From positions 1-37,132 of the forward strand of contig UYFQ01000319.1 of the NCBI GenBank assembly GCA_900617105.1: a stretch of 37,132 nt of DNA, read 5' to 3'. Under the pieces are notes generated by a model that saw only the letters and a list, made by a program, of their open reading frames with translations, did no database searches and was not told the origin of the DNA. Below, one piece after another: positions 22,814-33,439 of this stretch (position 1 is its first letter; the number at the start of each line of letters is the position of its first letter). This DNA is from Hydrurus foetidus. Taxonomy: Eukaryota. The position numbers were made by a program, and so were the translations under genes.

Positions 22814-25800
22814 GACTCTGTGAGGCCTTCCTTTGCTGACATGCATGTGGAAGATCACTTCGCCCCATCAAACGACTATGCACAACCGACTGTATTTGAT
22901 CCCGACAAAGTCTTAACCCAAGCCATGCTTAATCAACTGGCAGCTGCCACATCTACATCTTCACAGACGCTGTGCCAACTCTTCATTCGCGCTGATACCA
23001 TCGTTACTGACAACAAACCAACAAGCTTCACACGTGGTCTATTGGATACAGGTGCACAGGGTAGCAATTTTATCTCGAGACAACTATTCAACAGCCTTCC
23101 TCTGACTGTTACTGATCTCAGTCGTCCCATAGATCGAATATTTCGCGTAGGCGACGCTCGCTTCTTATCAATTCAACTTGAAGTTCCTCTTACGACAAGT
23201 GTGTTTGATTCCTCCAACAATAATCACCAACACATGCTCTGGTACAGCGTCCTTCATGGTTTAAGTCACGACATTATTATTGAGGTTAATTGATCTCATT
23301 GGACCATTTTATGATCTCTACGCTGATTTCATCGTGACAGCTCGCCAACTTCTGATCACCAACGAACTTGGAACAAATTTGACAAGAGTAACACAAGCAA
23401 TTAATCAACTTCGTCTGAAACAAAACCATCATGAAATAGAGAGTGTGACAAGAAAACTGCGACAATGTAATGAAGACTATGTGCAACGCAAGAATGTTGT
23501 TTGCAATAGCGCTACTACTAACATACACTCAATCGCACTTGAGGATGGAACAGTTACTGATGTTCTTGCTTATCCTCGACTTGGTCACGCATTTGCTGAA
23601 AATCGTGTGGAAACTCATTACGACATTTTAACTGCGTTGCTATGCTCCCCAGATCCTGGTGACTTACTGCAACCCTGGTCAAAACCTATAGACTCTCTTG
23701 CACCTTGCACCCGAAGAACTCAGTACTTCTGATCCAACTAGTTTTCCCGACGACATCCTCACCTACTTAACAACAACTCCACAAGAGGCTCGAGCAACAT
23801 ATGACGCTGATCTATTAACGCACGTCACTCCTGAAATACTTGCTGCTTGCCCAGCAATCATGGAACTACTTCAATCCGACCTTGCTTATGAAGTTTTTGT
23901 CCAACACACATGGAAGGGCATTAACATGTCTCCAATACATCTTGACGTCAAACCTGGAATACCTAATCACCTCAAAGCACGAGCTCGACCTGTTCGACAG
24001 GCCTTGTATCAAGATGCCAAGACTGAATTTGACCGCATGAGAACATACTTCTAAGAACCATCGACGTCTTCAATAGCTTGTCCACTAGTGATTGCACCAA
24101 AAGCTACTGCTCCCTTTATAAGACTCTGTGGTGACTATCGCCCTATCAATCCGTTCATTAGTATTCCACAAGAACCAATACCACATGTCCAACAGTCTCT
24201 TGCAAAAGCGGCGGAATGGTAAGTTTTTGTAGATCTTGATATGATAAACTCATTCCATCAAATTCCTATCGATGACTTCAATTCCAATCTTCTATCAGTG
24301 TCTACGCCATGGAGACCAAAGTTTCTTCCAGAAGGTGTAGGACCAGCATCTGTTATCCTACAGTCAACAGTTCGTCGGATCTTTGCAGACTTTACCGACT
24401 GGATAATAATTATTTTTGACAATTTTCTCATTCTCGTCTCCGACTACTACGATGCCTTCAATAAACTTTAAAAGGTAGTCCACCGCTGCCAAAAATACGG
24501 TCTAGTTTTGAAGATGAAAAAGTCGTGAATTGGTACCGACGTTGTTACTTTCTTTGGCTACGAAGTTCACCCAGGATCCTGGCAGCTTTCAAATGCACGC
24601 AAAGCTGCTATCTCTTCTATGGTCTTCCCTACAACACAGAAACAAATGCAAAATTTCTTAGGAGCAGCAAATTTCTTCCATACCCACATTCCCAACTTCG
24701 CCGCCTGGGCATCTACGTTATATGAATGCACTGCTTCTAGCTTCAACTGGGACAACTCTAGATGGAAAACCGACTATAAGCATCTATTTGAACTCTTCAA
24801 AATAGCCATCACACAGTCAGTAACACTGCATTTTCCGGATTACACTCTACCTTGGGTGATTGGATCAAACTCATCCGATCATGCCGTAGGTGCTGTCTTG
24901 TTCCAAGAATTCACAAATCCCCAAGGCAAACTCATCCATCAACCAATAGCATTCGCCTCACACAAATATTCTGGCGCTGCTATCAATTGGGATACCTTCA
25001 AAAAGGAAGCTTGTGCGTTATACTTTGCTGTCACTCAGTTTGGTTACTATCTTCAGGGCAAACAATTCCTACTGGAAAGTGACCACAGTAACCTAGTTTG
25101 GATCGAAACCAGTCAAGCTCCGATTGTTGTGTGCTGGCGAGTACTCCTTCAGAGCTATGTCTTCAAGATCAAACATATACCCGGAAAGAACAACACTGTG
25201 ACCGATTGGCTATCGCGAATGCGCCAACTACCTTCAACAGCAACATCTCTCTCCACCATATCTAAACCCGTAAACGGACATGTTCAATGCAGTGCATGGA
25301 GGAAGATCCTTGCATCACGGCGCGAAACGCGCCTATCTTTCTCTTTGTCGTCATTCCACTCCGCGTCGTTCAAGACCTTGTTGCCGAATGTCCCATCCGT
25401 CAAAAAGACCGCCTTCCATTGCAACTCATACCAAACAATGAGATTCGCGAAACCGTCTTCCATCACCCCCGTTCCATCGGCATCGACCACGTCTCTGTCA
25501 CACCTGCCGATGAAGACGGTTACATCGGTTTATTACTTGTTGTCAAACTCGATACAAAATTCCCTCAAGCTTATCCTGTGCATGATTATACCGCACAGAT
25601 AGTTGCAACAGTACTCTTCAAACACTATTGTACCTTTGGATCTTACGACTCCCTTTATTCCGATCCGGGTAGCACTTTCACTTCCAACGTCCTTGACCAA
25701 CTGAACAAATGGATTGGTAAACCTCACCACATATCACTTGTCGGCCGCCACGAGTCCAACGGTACTGAACATGTCAATGCACTTTTCCTTGGACACCTAC

Positions 25801-26517
25801 GTCGCCTAGTCCACGACGAACGCTTCACACACTACTGGGCATCAGATACCGTCCTCCCACTCATCAATCAAGCCTTGATGACAATGCCCAATACAGAAAT
25901 TGGAGGAATCTCTCCAATAGAACTAGAATTTGGCACACGAGATCATCCTCGTTTCAAATTGCCCGATCCGCTTTTGCCAGGTCACGCCTACAACAACCTT
26001 GTTACTGCACTTGACCATAATCTCTCTATTGTAAGATCTATCACCTCTGACTACCAAAAATCCCTACGGCTTAAACGGCAGTCTTCAACGCCTCCCGCAT
26101 TCCAAAACACGTTCCAACCTGGCGACTTTATACTCTGGAATTCGCTAGAAAACTCGCATTCCTTCCGTTCAACTAAACTTTCGCCTCAAATGCTCGGACC
26201 TTACAAAGTTCTGCATCAGACAAAGAACGACATCACTCGTCAACATGTTGTCACTAACGTTGTTCACAAATTGCACGCAAATCGAGTCTCACCTTTCATC
26301 GGCTCTGCCGCCCAAGCATAACGATTCGATCGTTACTCATCGAGGCAATCCGAAGAAAGTCAGCACTCTTGAACTCCTTGTACGCTGGCATAACTACTCT
26401 TCGGAACACGACACTTGGGAACCATGGGCAGAAATGAAATCATTATCGATAGTACATACATATCTACGAAACAACAACATGAAAACAATCATTCCAAAAC
26501 GATACAATCAAGACTAA
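22814..26517 (+). pseudogene. pol: D pol: protease, RT, RNase H, integrase, chromodomain; multiple stops/frameshifts
   Basis: LLDTGAQGSNFIS; IRLCGDYR; FHQIP; IFDN; FLGAANF; ESDHSNL; IGIDH...YSDPG...SNGTE; LLVRWHNYSSEHDTWEPW. Confidence 0.93.
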
Positions 26518-26688
26518 CCTGAGTTTAATCAGTACAGCGATCCAAATGCACTTTCCATCAATTTCAAATTTTAATCTATCGTGTATGGTAATGCTCCAGG
26601 CACTCAGGTACTACCAGGCCTTTCGCAGGTCCTCCACGGTTGACCGATCAAAAGGGTGTGAACCCGACAACAATGATTTTTTTATATT

Positions 26689-27060
26689 TTAAACTTCCAC
26701 CAAATCATACTCATAACATATGCATACATCTTCTATCCTATCTGCCAAATTCACAATTGAAACTTTTTTCGCGCCCTTAACACATCCATTACAAATTGGT
26801 ATTGCATTCAAATTTTCATCCACTTTAATGCCTACTGCATGATCTAACGGACTCCACCCGTCTGCCGCTTCTGCATACAAATCCTCGATCTCATCCTCTT
26901 TGCCATCCTTCACCAGCTTCTTCAACCTCTTAATCCAATTCTTACGCTTGTCGCTCTCTTTTTTCGCTTTCCCAAATATCACATGTAACCCTTTCTTCCC
27001 CAATGATTTTCGAATATCATGTACATTCCACCGTTTGTTAGTCTTGCGATTGTACAACAA
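26689..27060 (-). CDS. Antisense ORF of unknown function in D 3' region (possibly 5'-disrupted)
   Basis: 123 open codons, protein-like composition, between pol end and PPT; TTG start only. Confidence 0.45.
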   Translation of the reverse strand: MLYNRKTNKRWNVHDIRKSLGKKGLHVIFGKAKKESDKRKNWIKRLKKLVKDGKEDEIEDLYAEAADGWSPLDHAVGIKVDENLNAIPICNGCVKGAKKVSIVNLADRIEDVCICYEYDLVEV

Positions 27061-27333
27061 AAATATTCATCATACACTACTTTATTTCATCAACATTAAC
27101 GTATTTTTTCATTGCACTGGCACGCATCAGCTGTTAGTGCTGAGAAAACGCTTTTTGAATTTTTATTTGAAGGTCACCGGTTCGATTTCTTACTTCGTAC
27201 CCAAATATTTTCATGTTTCTTAACAAGCTTTTAACGCGGTACAAATACTTTTACAAACTCACTGAGATGTAGCTAATTGTTTGTGTTAATTACTTTACAC
27301 TTCATACATTTCATTTGACCCGGAGGAGGGTGG

Positions 27334-27651
27334 TGTTATAGTTACACTATATATTGGTTGCACTTATGTACTGACACATCGCACGTTGCTTGAGCCACTA
27401 GTTTTTCGAACCAGTTTTCGAATTTTGACTGTTCGACAACGTCAACTCGAGTTGCACTCTATGGTAGCTAATCTCACAGTCCTTTCACATCTAAATAACT
27501 ACCGTTACAAAACTCCGACCGACTCCTTCGAGTCAACGAACCGCCTTGATCAGTCCAGTTTGCCTGACAAGATCTCCAGTTGCACCAATTTGCCCAACTC
27601 CACAACCAACATTTCAACTTCAGCCAGTTTGCTGAACCGTGACACAGCATA
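27334..27651 (+). repeat. D 3' LTR
   Basis: Direct repeat of 20565-20882, preceded by PPT. Confidence 0.95.
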
Positions 27652-29651
27652 GCTGGATGTTATAGCAGACCCTGAGGGAGCCACACTACCCGTACTTATC
27701 TCTCTTTTTCTCATCTCTGTCTCCCTTTCCCTCTCTCTCTCTATTGTTAACATGTATATAAACAATTTCTAACAGCAAGACTAAAACCTAATATGACTAA
27801 AATTTCTAATATGACTAAAACCTAGAAAGAGAAAAATAGATACATGAGATAAATACAGAAATTTGTACATGTGAGAGATGGGGGAAGTGAGAAACGAGAG
27901 TGTCTAGATGTGTTGTATCTAAGTGTTCCCCTACAAATTAATGTCAGATTTTTACTGACTAAACAACCTGAAAAGCAACGTTAAGTTGTAAAAATGAGGA
28001 GGAATCTTCGAAAGATAATGTGTAGGTCGTTCCTTGGGAACTTACATGTCTGTCGGAATTATTTTCGACATGCCATGGACGCGTATGTATGTGTGAAGAG
28101 CGTCTGTAAGACGAAGATTCTTCCATGACTCCCGCGTGTTGTGTGAGTCATCAATGTCTGTCCATTCGACTAAAAACCTCATTTGGGATTTGCGTCTGGA
28201 ATTTCCTTGGTGCTGAATAATGGATTCAATAAAGAATTCCATATAATCGCGATGTGCTGCGTCAGCAGGGTCTGTATGTTTCGGATTGAAAACAAACTGT
28301 TTTAGATTACTAATATGAAGATGTTTATGTTTCTTCGTAGTTATATCTAACAAAGTACAATCAGAATTGTGAATAGACACAACTTGAAACGGTCTCCGCC
28401 ACAACGTGTGTAGTCATGTGGGTGGCTGTGTGGTGTATCTAGCCAACACATATGAATCGACAGGGGAAATGTGATTTCCTGTGGACTAGTGGCAATATGA
28501 GCCTCGTCCATTGTGCGCAAAGCAGTTTGTGCTTGGGCAATCAGGGTGTCTTAGATGTTATACATCTCATAGATCACTTTCGAGGCGGAAGTTTCGATTT
28601 CCGGTCATTGTGGAAATGGTGAAAGTATTCCAGAATCAAGATTGATTTGGTTTCCAAACAATAAGCTTGCTGGGGAGGCATTTGTACTGCTGTGAATCGA
28701 GGAATTCAAGATTCGTTGTATGAACGGTAAACAGTTTTTATACTGATAGACGTCGTTTGTGTCATACAGGAACGAACGTAAGTACCAGTTAGTTTCTTTA
28801 TTAATCCGTTCCACTATCGCATTCTCTTGTTTAGAGTACGCTAGTGTTAGGTTGTGGGGTGTCCCCGTTGACACTAGGAATTGTTTGATCAATTCGTTAG
28901 CAAAATGTGAACCCCGATCAGATCTGATCGTTCGGGGTGCACCGTATCTTCAAAAGTGTTGAAGAAGGCAATCGGTAGCCGATTTGGTAGTATTTTCTGT
29001 ACACTAAAATAGTTCCGTCCATCGTGTGAAAGCACAGATGATGACAAAAACGTGTGAGGAGTCGGGGAGAAGTCCGATGAAATTGATGTTTAGTACATGA
29101 AAAGGTTTGTACGCTGAAGTAATGTACTTGTGTACACGTATTGGTATGCGTGTAGCGTTCATTTTCTGGCAACACGCACATTGTTGTATTAACACGTGGG
29201 TATGTTGAACCATGTGTTCCCAATCAATAGGTAGCTTTAGAAGTTTTTCTACTATGCGTTTTACACCACCGTGTCCTACAAACTTATTGTGGTACATGTT
29301 GAGTGCGTTGCGCTGCGTATCAGTCATCTCTGGTATGACCTTGAGGGCGCCGCAGAACGGACCTGGTAAGTTATCTGGTTCTGTACCAGTGGTTTCTGGT
29401 AGAACCTTAATGACAAGGTCGGAGAGGTTAGCACAGAGTCGGGGCATAGCGTCTGCGACGGTGTTGTCAGACCCTTGCACGTATGCGATAGTGTAGTCTA
29501 GCTCATATAGAACCATGGACCATCTCCCTACCATCGAATTAGGAGATGACTACATGTACGTCAGATTCTTATGATCTGTATGTATGGTAAACTTCCGATC
29601 ACGTAAGAGTGGATCAAGTTTTGTACAACACATAAAGATAGCATAAGCTTC
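27652..29651 (-). mobile_element. Chromovirus G 3' part (LTR end, PPT, 3' UTR, chromodomain, integrase, RNase H end)
   Basis: Minus-strand domains in gypsy order; cut at 29651 by H. Confidence 0.88.
28042..29651 (-). pseudogene. pol: G pol fragment: RNase H C-term, integrase, chromodomain
   Basis: EAYAIF...HTDHKNL; NTVADAMPR; HNKFVGHGG...CACCQK; QENAIVERINKE; EFFIESIIQHQG...FLVEWTD. Confidence 0.9.
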
Positions 29652-30645
29652 TGTCGGCTTACGACTGCCATAAGTGCATGTTACAGCCGTATATACCGTG
29701 AAGTTAATCATCAATTAGCATTATGGATAAATCACATTTTAGTGTCTAAATGCATGTTAAGGTACCCACAATAGCATACAGTCAAGCCGCTTCCTCAATG
29801 CCTTTCATATCGTATGTTATGCTATTGTTATAGTACCTCAAACATAGCCCTAGCAGACCCGGGTAACATTTAGTACGAGACTCATCACCTACCATCCCTC
29901 CAGTATGTATAAGTGTATGAACTACTACCTCATTTATCATATGCAGAGAATTATCTCCTGCGATCTGACATTTCGGGAACTGCAACGTCGTCAGAGTAAC
30001 TTCTAGACGTTTGTCAGGTAGATTGCTTGCCACCATTCGTTACCTTTTGTGTCGCCAACCAAGTTTCTAACTCATAATTAAACTATTTTCCGTTGCACGA
30101 TATTACATCGTGGGTCCTCACAAATCCGATTTGCTCTTGACCACGGCGCCGCGCTTATACGCTTGCTGCCAACTCACATGGTAGCGATTGGACAAGGTTT
30201 TTAAAGACCAGCCGCCACAACTTTTGCCATCGACTTCATGTCGATGAAGACTCGTTCACAGCACGGAAGCGACAATGAGATCTCGGACGGCAACCCTCCG
30301 ACACCGCCGGAGATCACCGCTGACAACTCGGCAACTGCGCCAGTCATCGCTTCTATTGAAGTAGATGAAAACTCACAAGCGTTTACTGACGCCTTAGATA
30401 GGGCGTTGCTTCGATTGATGGGCAGCAGAGATGATGCTGCGAAGGTCCCTGCCGTTTATGCAACAGGTGACATCGCAGCAAGGACGGATCAGCCCTATAG
30501 CGATCAATCCTCATCTCGTAACCCCTTAGATCGGAGTAGCGCCACAACCCCAACACAGCAATCACGTAGGAGTTGAACTACAAATGATCTAACGTCCACG
30601 GGTAGCCTAGAAAAAAATTTATCCAATGATGGTTACAAGGGAAAC
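29652..30645 (+). mobile_element. 5' end of copia element H (B-related): LTR, PBS, gag N-terminus; interrupted by A2
   Basis: LTR 29652-30178 TGTCGG...ACTCACA shares gcttcctcaatgcc with B LTR; PBS 30179-30190. Confidence 0.85.
30238..30576 (+). pseudogene. gag: H gag N-terminus
   Basis: VDENSQAFTDALDR...DIAARTDQPYSDQSSSR aligns to B IDEESPQFRAALDR...DIAPRVDLPLGDQSSSR. Confidence 0.75.
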
Positions 30646-31558
30646 TGTCAGACCACTTAATTCTATCAAGATATGTCTGTAGTAATATAGTTGCAAATAT
30701 AGTTTCAAATATATACATGTACGTTATGCGACACGTACGTACGTAAGTACACATGCAGATATGATAACATGCACACGTACACACGTACTTACACATGTTA
30801 GTTCATACTCATTTATGCATACGTACACACATGTACTTACACATGTACGTACATAGTCAATATGTACGTACGTACGTACGCACGCATATAGCATAGCGTA
30901 CACTTGTATGGTCACGCACACACGTACATACGTACGTGCACATGTTAGTACAAATTATTATATGCATACGTACACACACGTACTTACACATGTATGTACA
31001 TATATAATATGTACGTATGTACGGCCGCCAATAGCGTAGTACATAGATGTATAGGCGTACATACGTAAGTACCACTGTACTTACGCATGTACGTTCTTAT
31101 ACATACACATGCATACGTACTCCTATAATATCGCCATATAGCAGTTAGTACTCACGCATGTACGTTCATATACATATACACGCATACGTACCCCTGTACT
31201 ATCGCCATGTATCAGTTAGTACGAACCCTCTGACCTCACGCAAATGAACGTTCGCCTTTCATGATTCTTCAGTATCGCCAAAACACTTCGTTACTATAAG
31301 CATTCATGCAACGTTCCTCAAGCACATGCTATGAACAACACATCTCGCTGTGAACTTTGTCTCAAGGTAGTTTCACTGTCATGAACTGTTCTGATAGCTC
31401 TTTTGCGTGGCTATCTGTAAACTCTAATCAGAATTTAATACGTTGTACTTCACAGCTTCGTCTACTCGATAGCTCACTGAATTGAGACAGTAGCCTGCAG
31501 CTGCTTCTCCACCTTCGCTGCGAACGCTAGAAGGTGACATCTTGTATTTAGTCTTACA
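30646..31558 (+). repeat. A2 5' LTR (913 bp)
   Basis: TGTCAG...CTTACA; followed by PBS TGGTAGCGATTG 31559-31570. Confidence 0.93.
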
Positions 31559-31645
31559 TGGTAGCGATTGTTTATAGTGATTAAACGATTGCCGTGGATT
31601 CCAGGATTCTGAATTTCCTTCCTCAACTTTCAGAACCCTGCAATC

Positions 31646-33439
31646 ATGAGTGATAATGGATCTGAAGACGAGTTCGAGCTGTCCAACACAGACTCTCCGC
31701 CGGCTCTTGCCGACCTCCTTCAACATCCGTTCAGAACTCTGATCGAAGCAGCTCAACCCATCTTCACTGGTCGAGTTACAAGATCTAGGACAGGAGCAAT
31801 TCCTCCTTTAGAAAATCCAAATAGTGATTTTCTAGACGAGGTGGAATTAGCCCTTCAAAATCAGGAGGTTGTTCCGACACCACCTTTAGCACCTCGGGCG
31901 CGGAATCTCGGAGCCACAGCGACAACTTTATTTTCGGACAATTTGGAGGCTCAGGATGCAGAGACAAGATTTTCCTTCGCCGATGTGGCAAGGCTCATCG
32001 ACATTATGTCTTCTAAGATCCAACAGCCTCCACCGTTGGTCTCCCAACCGAAATCAACAGTTGGATCTGCTTCTATTCCAACTGCTTCAACGCCCAAGGC
32101 TTCTTCTATCTTATCGGTGCCCATATCGGAATACCTGGATACAACCTCTGCGCAATCGAAATTCTTCTTTTCGATGCCCAAGTTTTCCAACTCTGGGAAG
32201 GACAACCGCGACAATATGGAAACGTTCATGGTCGCTCTAGGTGAATGTAAACTTCTTACATTAGCCAAAGGCGATCGTGAGTTACCAGTCATTACTGCTC
32301 GGAACCCTGGAGGGTATTCACCTAGGTCACTGGTATTAGCAGAAGAAGGATTGTATGATGTCATCCCAGCTGATGACATCTACAAAAGATTACACGATTT
32401 GGATCGCTTATTGGTTATTCTCAACATGGTTACTGGGAAAGACTTACATTATTTGATCAAGCGTGTGATTGCCGACAACGATGCGGTCTTATGGTTCAAG
32501 ACTATCTACGATCACATCAACGGCACAAAGAACAGCGACATCAGGAAGGCAACGGATCAGCTCCACTCCCTGAAGCTCAAGTCCACACAAACCATTCAGG
32601 AGAATGTGGCAACCATCGAAGAGGCCTTCAGAGTCCTCAAAGTCGCAAGTGGCGTGCCCGTCACTGATGATCAAAAGCTTTACCATCTACAAGAAAAGCT
32701 GGAGCATGATGCAAGATTCAGCGTCTTATCAATCATGGCCTCATCAAAGACGTCAAAGGCATCCTACGACGACACCATCAAATACCTTGTGCTTCTTGAT
32801 CCTGCCCCAGCGGTAGCTCACAAGATGGCTTCCCTTACTCCAACCTTGGAGCTGTGCAGACGTCACATCGCTGGCCTATGTACCAACGGTTCCTCATGCA
32901 AGTATTCACATGCAGCAGCGCCGCCAAACAAGGGAGCACCATCTGACAAGAAGCCCAACAAGAACCCACCTCCTCTCAAGAAAGATCAGAAGACTCCACC
33001 GAAGTTTCCTTTCAAGAAACCAATCATCGTGTCAGATTCCCATCGATCACTGGTTGGATATCCCAAAGGAGTTGCAACGGCAAAGAATCCAGCTGGATAT
33101 TCGCTGAACCAACTTACAACCATCAGGACTTTGCAATCTGCTGATGTTGACGGCTGGACAACAGGAGATCCTCAGTACTTCAATGGCGATGGGTCGAGCA
33201 ACCATATCGATCGGTTCAATGTTCTTCGCTTCAAGGAACAATCAACGACATCCATTGCAGAGTTCCCAGAGTTCTACCACCTTGAGCCTTTCCAAGACTT
33301 CGTGAGATCAGACGTCACCTGTTCACAATGCTCAACTCGGTCGAGAAGTATAACAGATTCGCCGGTTCATCTCCCAGCGACTACGATGGATCTCCTACTG
33401 ATCCTCTCTCCGGAATTGTTGTCAGCTTCCAAGACCTGA
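31646..33439 (+). CDS. gag: A2 Gag with CCCH zinc finger
   Basis: ATG 76 nt after PBS; helical capsid-like region; CRRHIAGLCTNGSSCKYSH at 32855-32911; homologous to B gag. Confidence 0.85.
   Translation: MSDNGSEDEFELSNTDSPPALADLLQHPFRTLIEAAQPIFTGRVTRSRTGAIPPLENPNSDFLDEVELALQNQEVVPTPPLAPRARNLGATATTLFSDNLEAQDAETRFSFADVARLIDIMSSKIQQPPPLVSQPKSTVGSASIPTASTPKASSILSVPISEYLDTTSAQSKFFFSMPKFSNSGKDNRDNMETFMVALGECKLLTLAKGDRELPVITARNPGGYSPRSLVLAEEGLYDVIPADDIYKRLHDLDRLLVILNMVTGKDLHYLIKRVIADNDAVLWFKTIYDHINGTKNSDIRKATDQLHSLKLKSTQTIQENVATIEEAFRVLKVASGVPVTDDQKLYHLQEKLEHDARFSVLSIMASSKTSKASYDDTIKYLVLLDPAPAVAHKMASLTPTLELCRRHIAGLCTNGSSCKYSHAAAPPNKGAPSDKKPNKNPPPLKKDQKTPPKFPFKKPIIVSDSHRSLVGYPKGVATAKNPAGYSLNQLTTIRTLQSADVDGWTTGDPQYFNGDGSSNHIDRFNVLRFKEQSTTSIAEFPEFYHLEPFQDFVRSDVTCSQCSTRSRSITDSPVHLPATTMDLLLILSPELLSASKT

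Larger units (their letters stand above)
20565..27651 (+). mobile_element. Full-length but defective Ty3/gypsy chromovirus D
   Basis: Two 318-bp LTRs with 3 mismatches; GCTG on both flanks; order gag-PR-RT-RNaseH-IN-chromodomain; PPT ggaggagggtgg 27322-27333. Confidence 0.95.

Noticed and set aside
30578..31075. Cys/Tyr/Val-rich minus-strand ORFs
   Set aside because: Translation artefacts of the alternating purine-pyrimidine LTR repeats
4751..31558. One giant element bounded by the two family-A LTRs
   Set aside because: The first LTR has a PPT before it and no PBS; the second has a PBS after it and no PPT; flanks do not match, so these are two separate insertions
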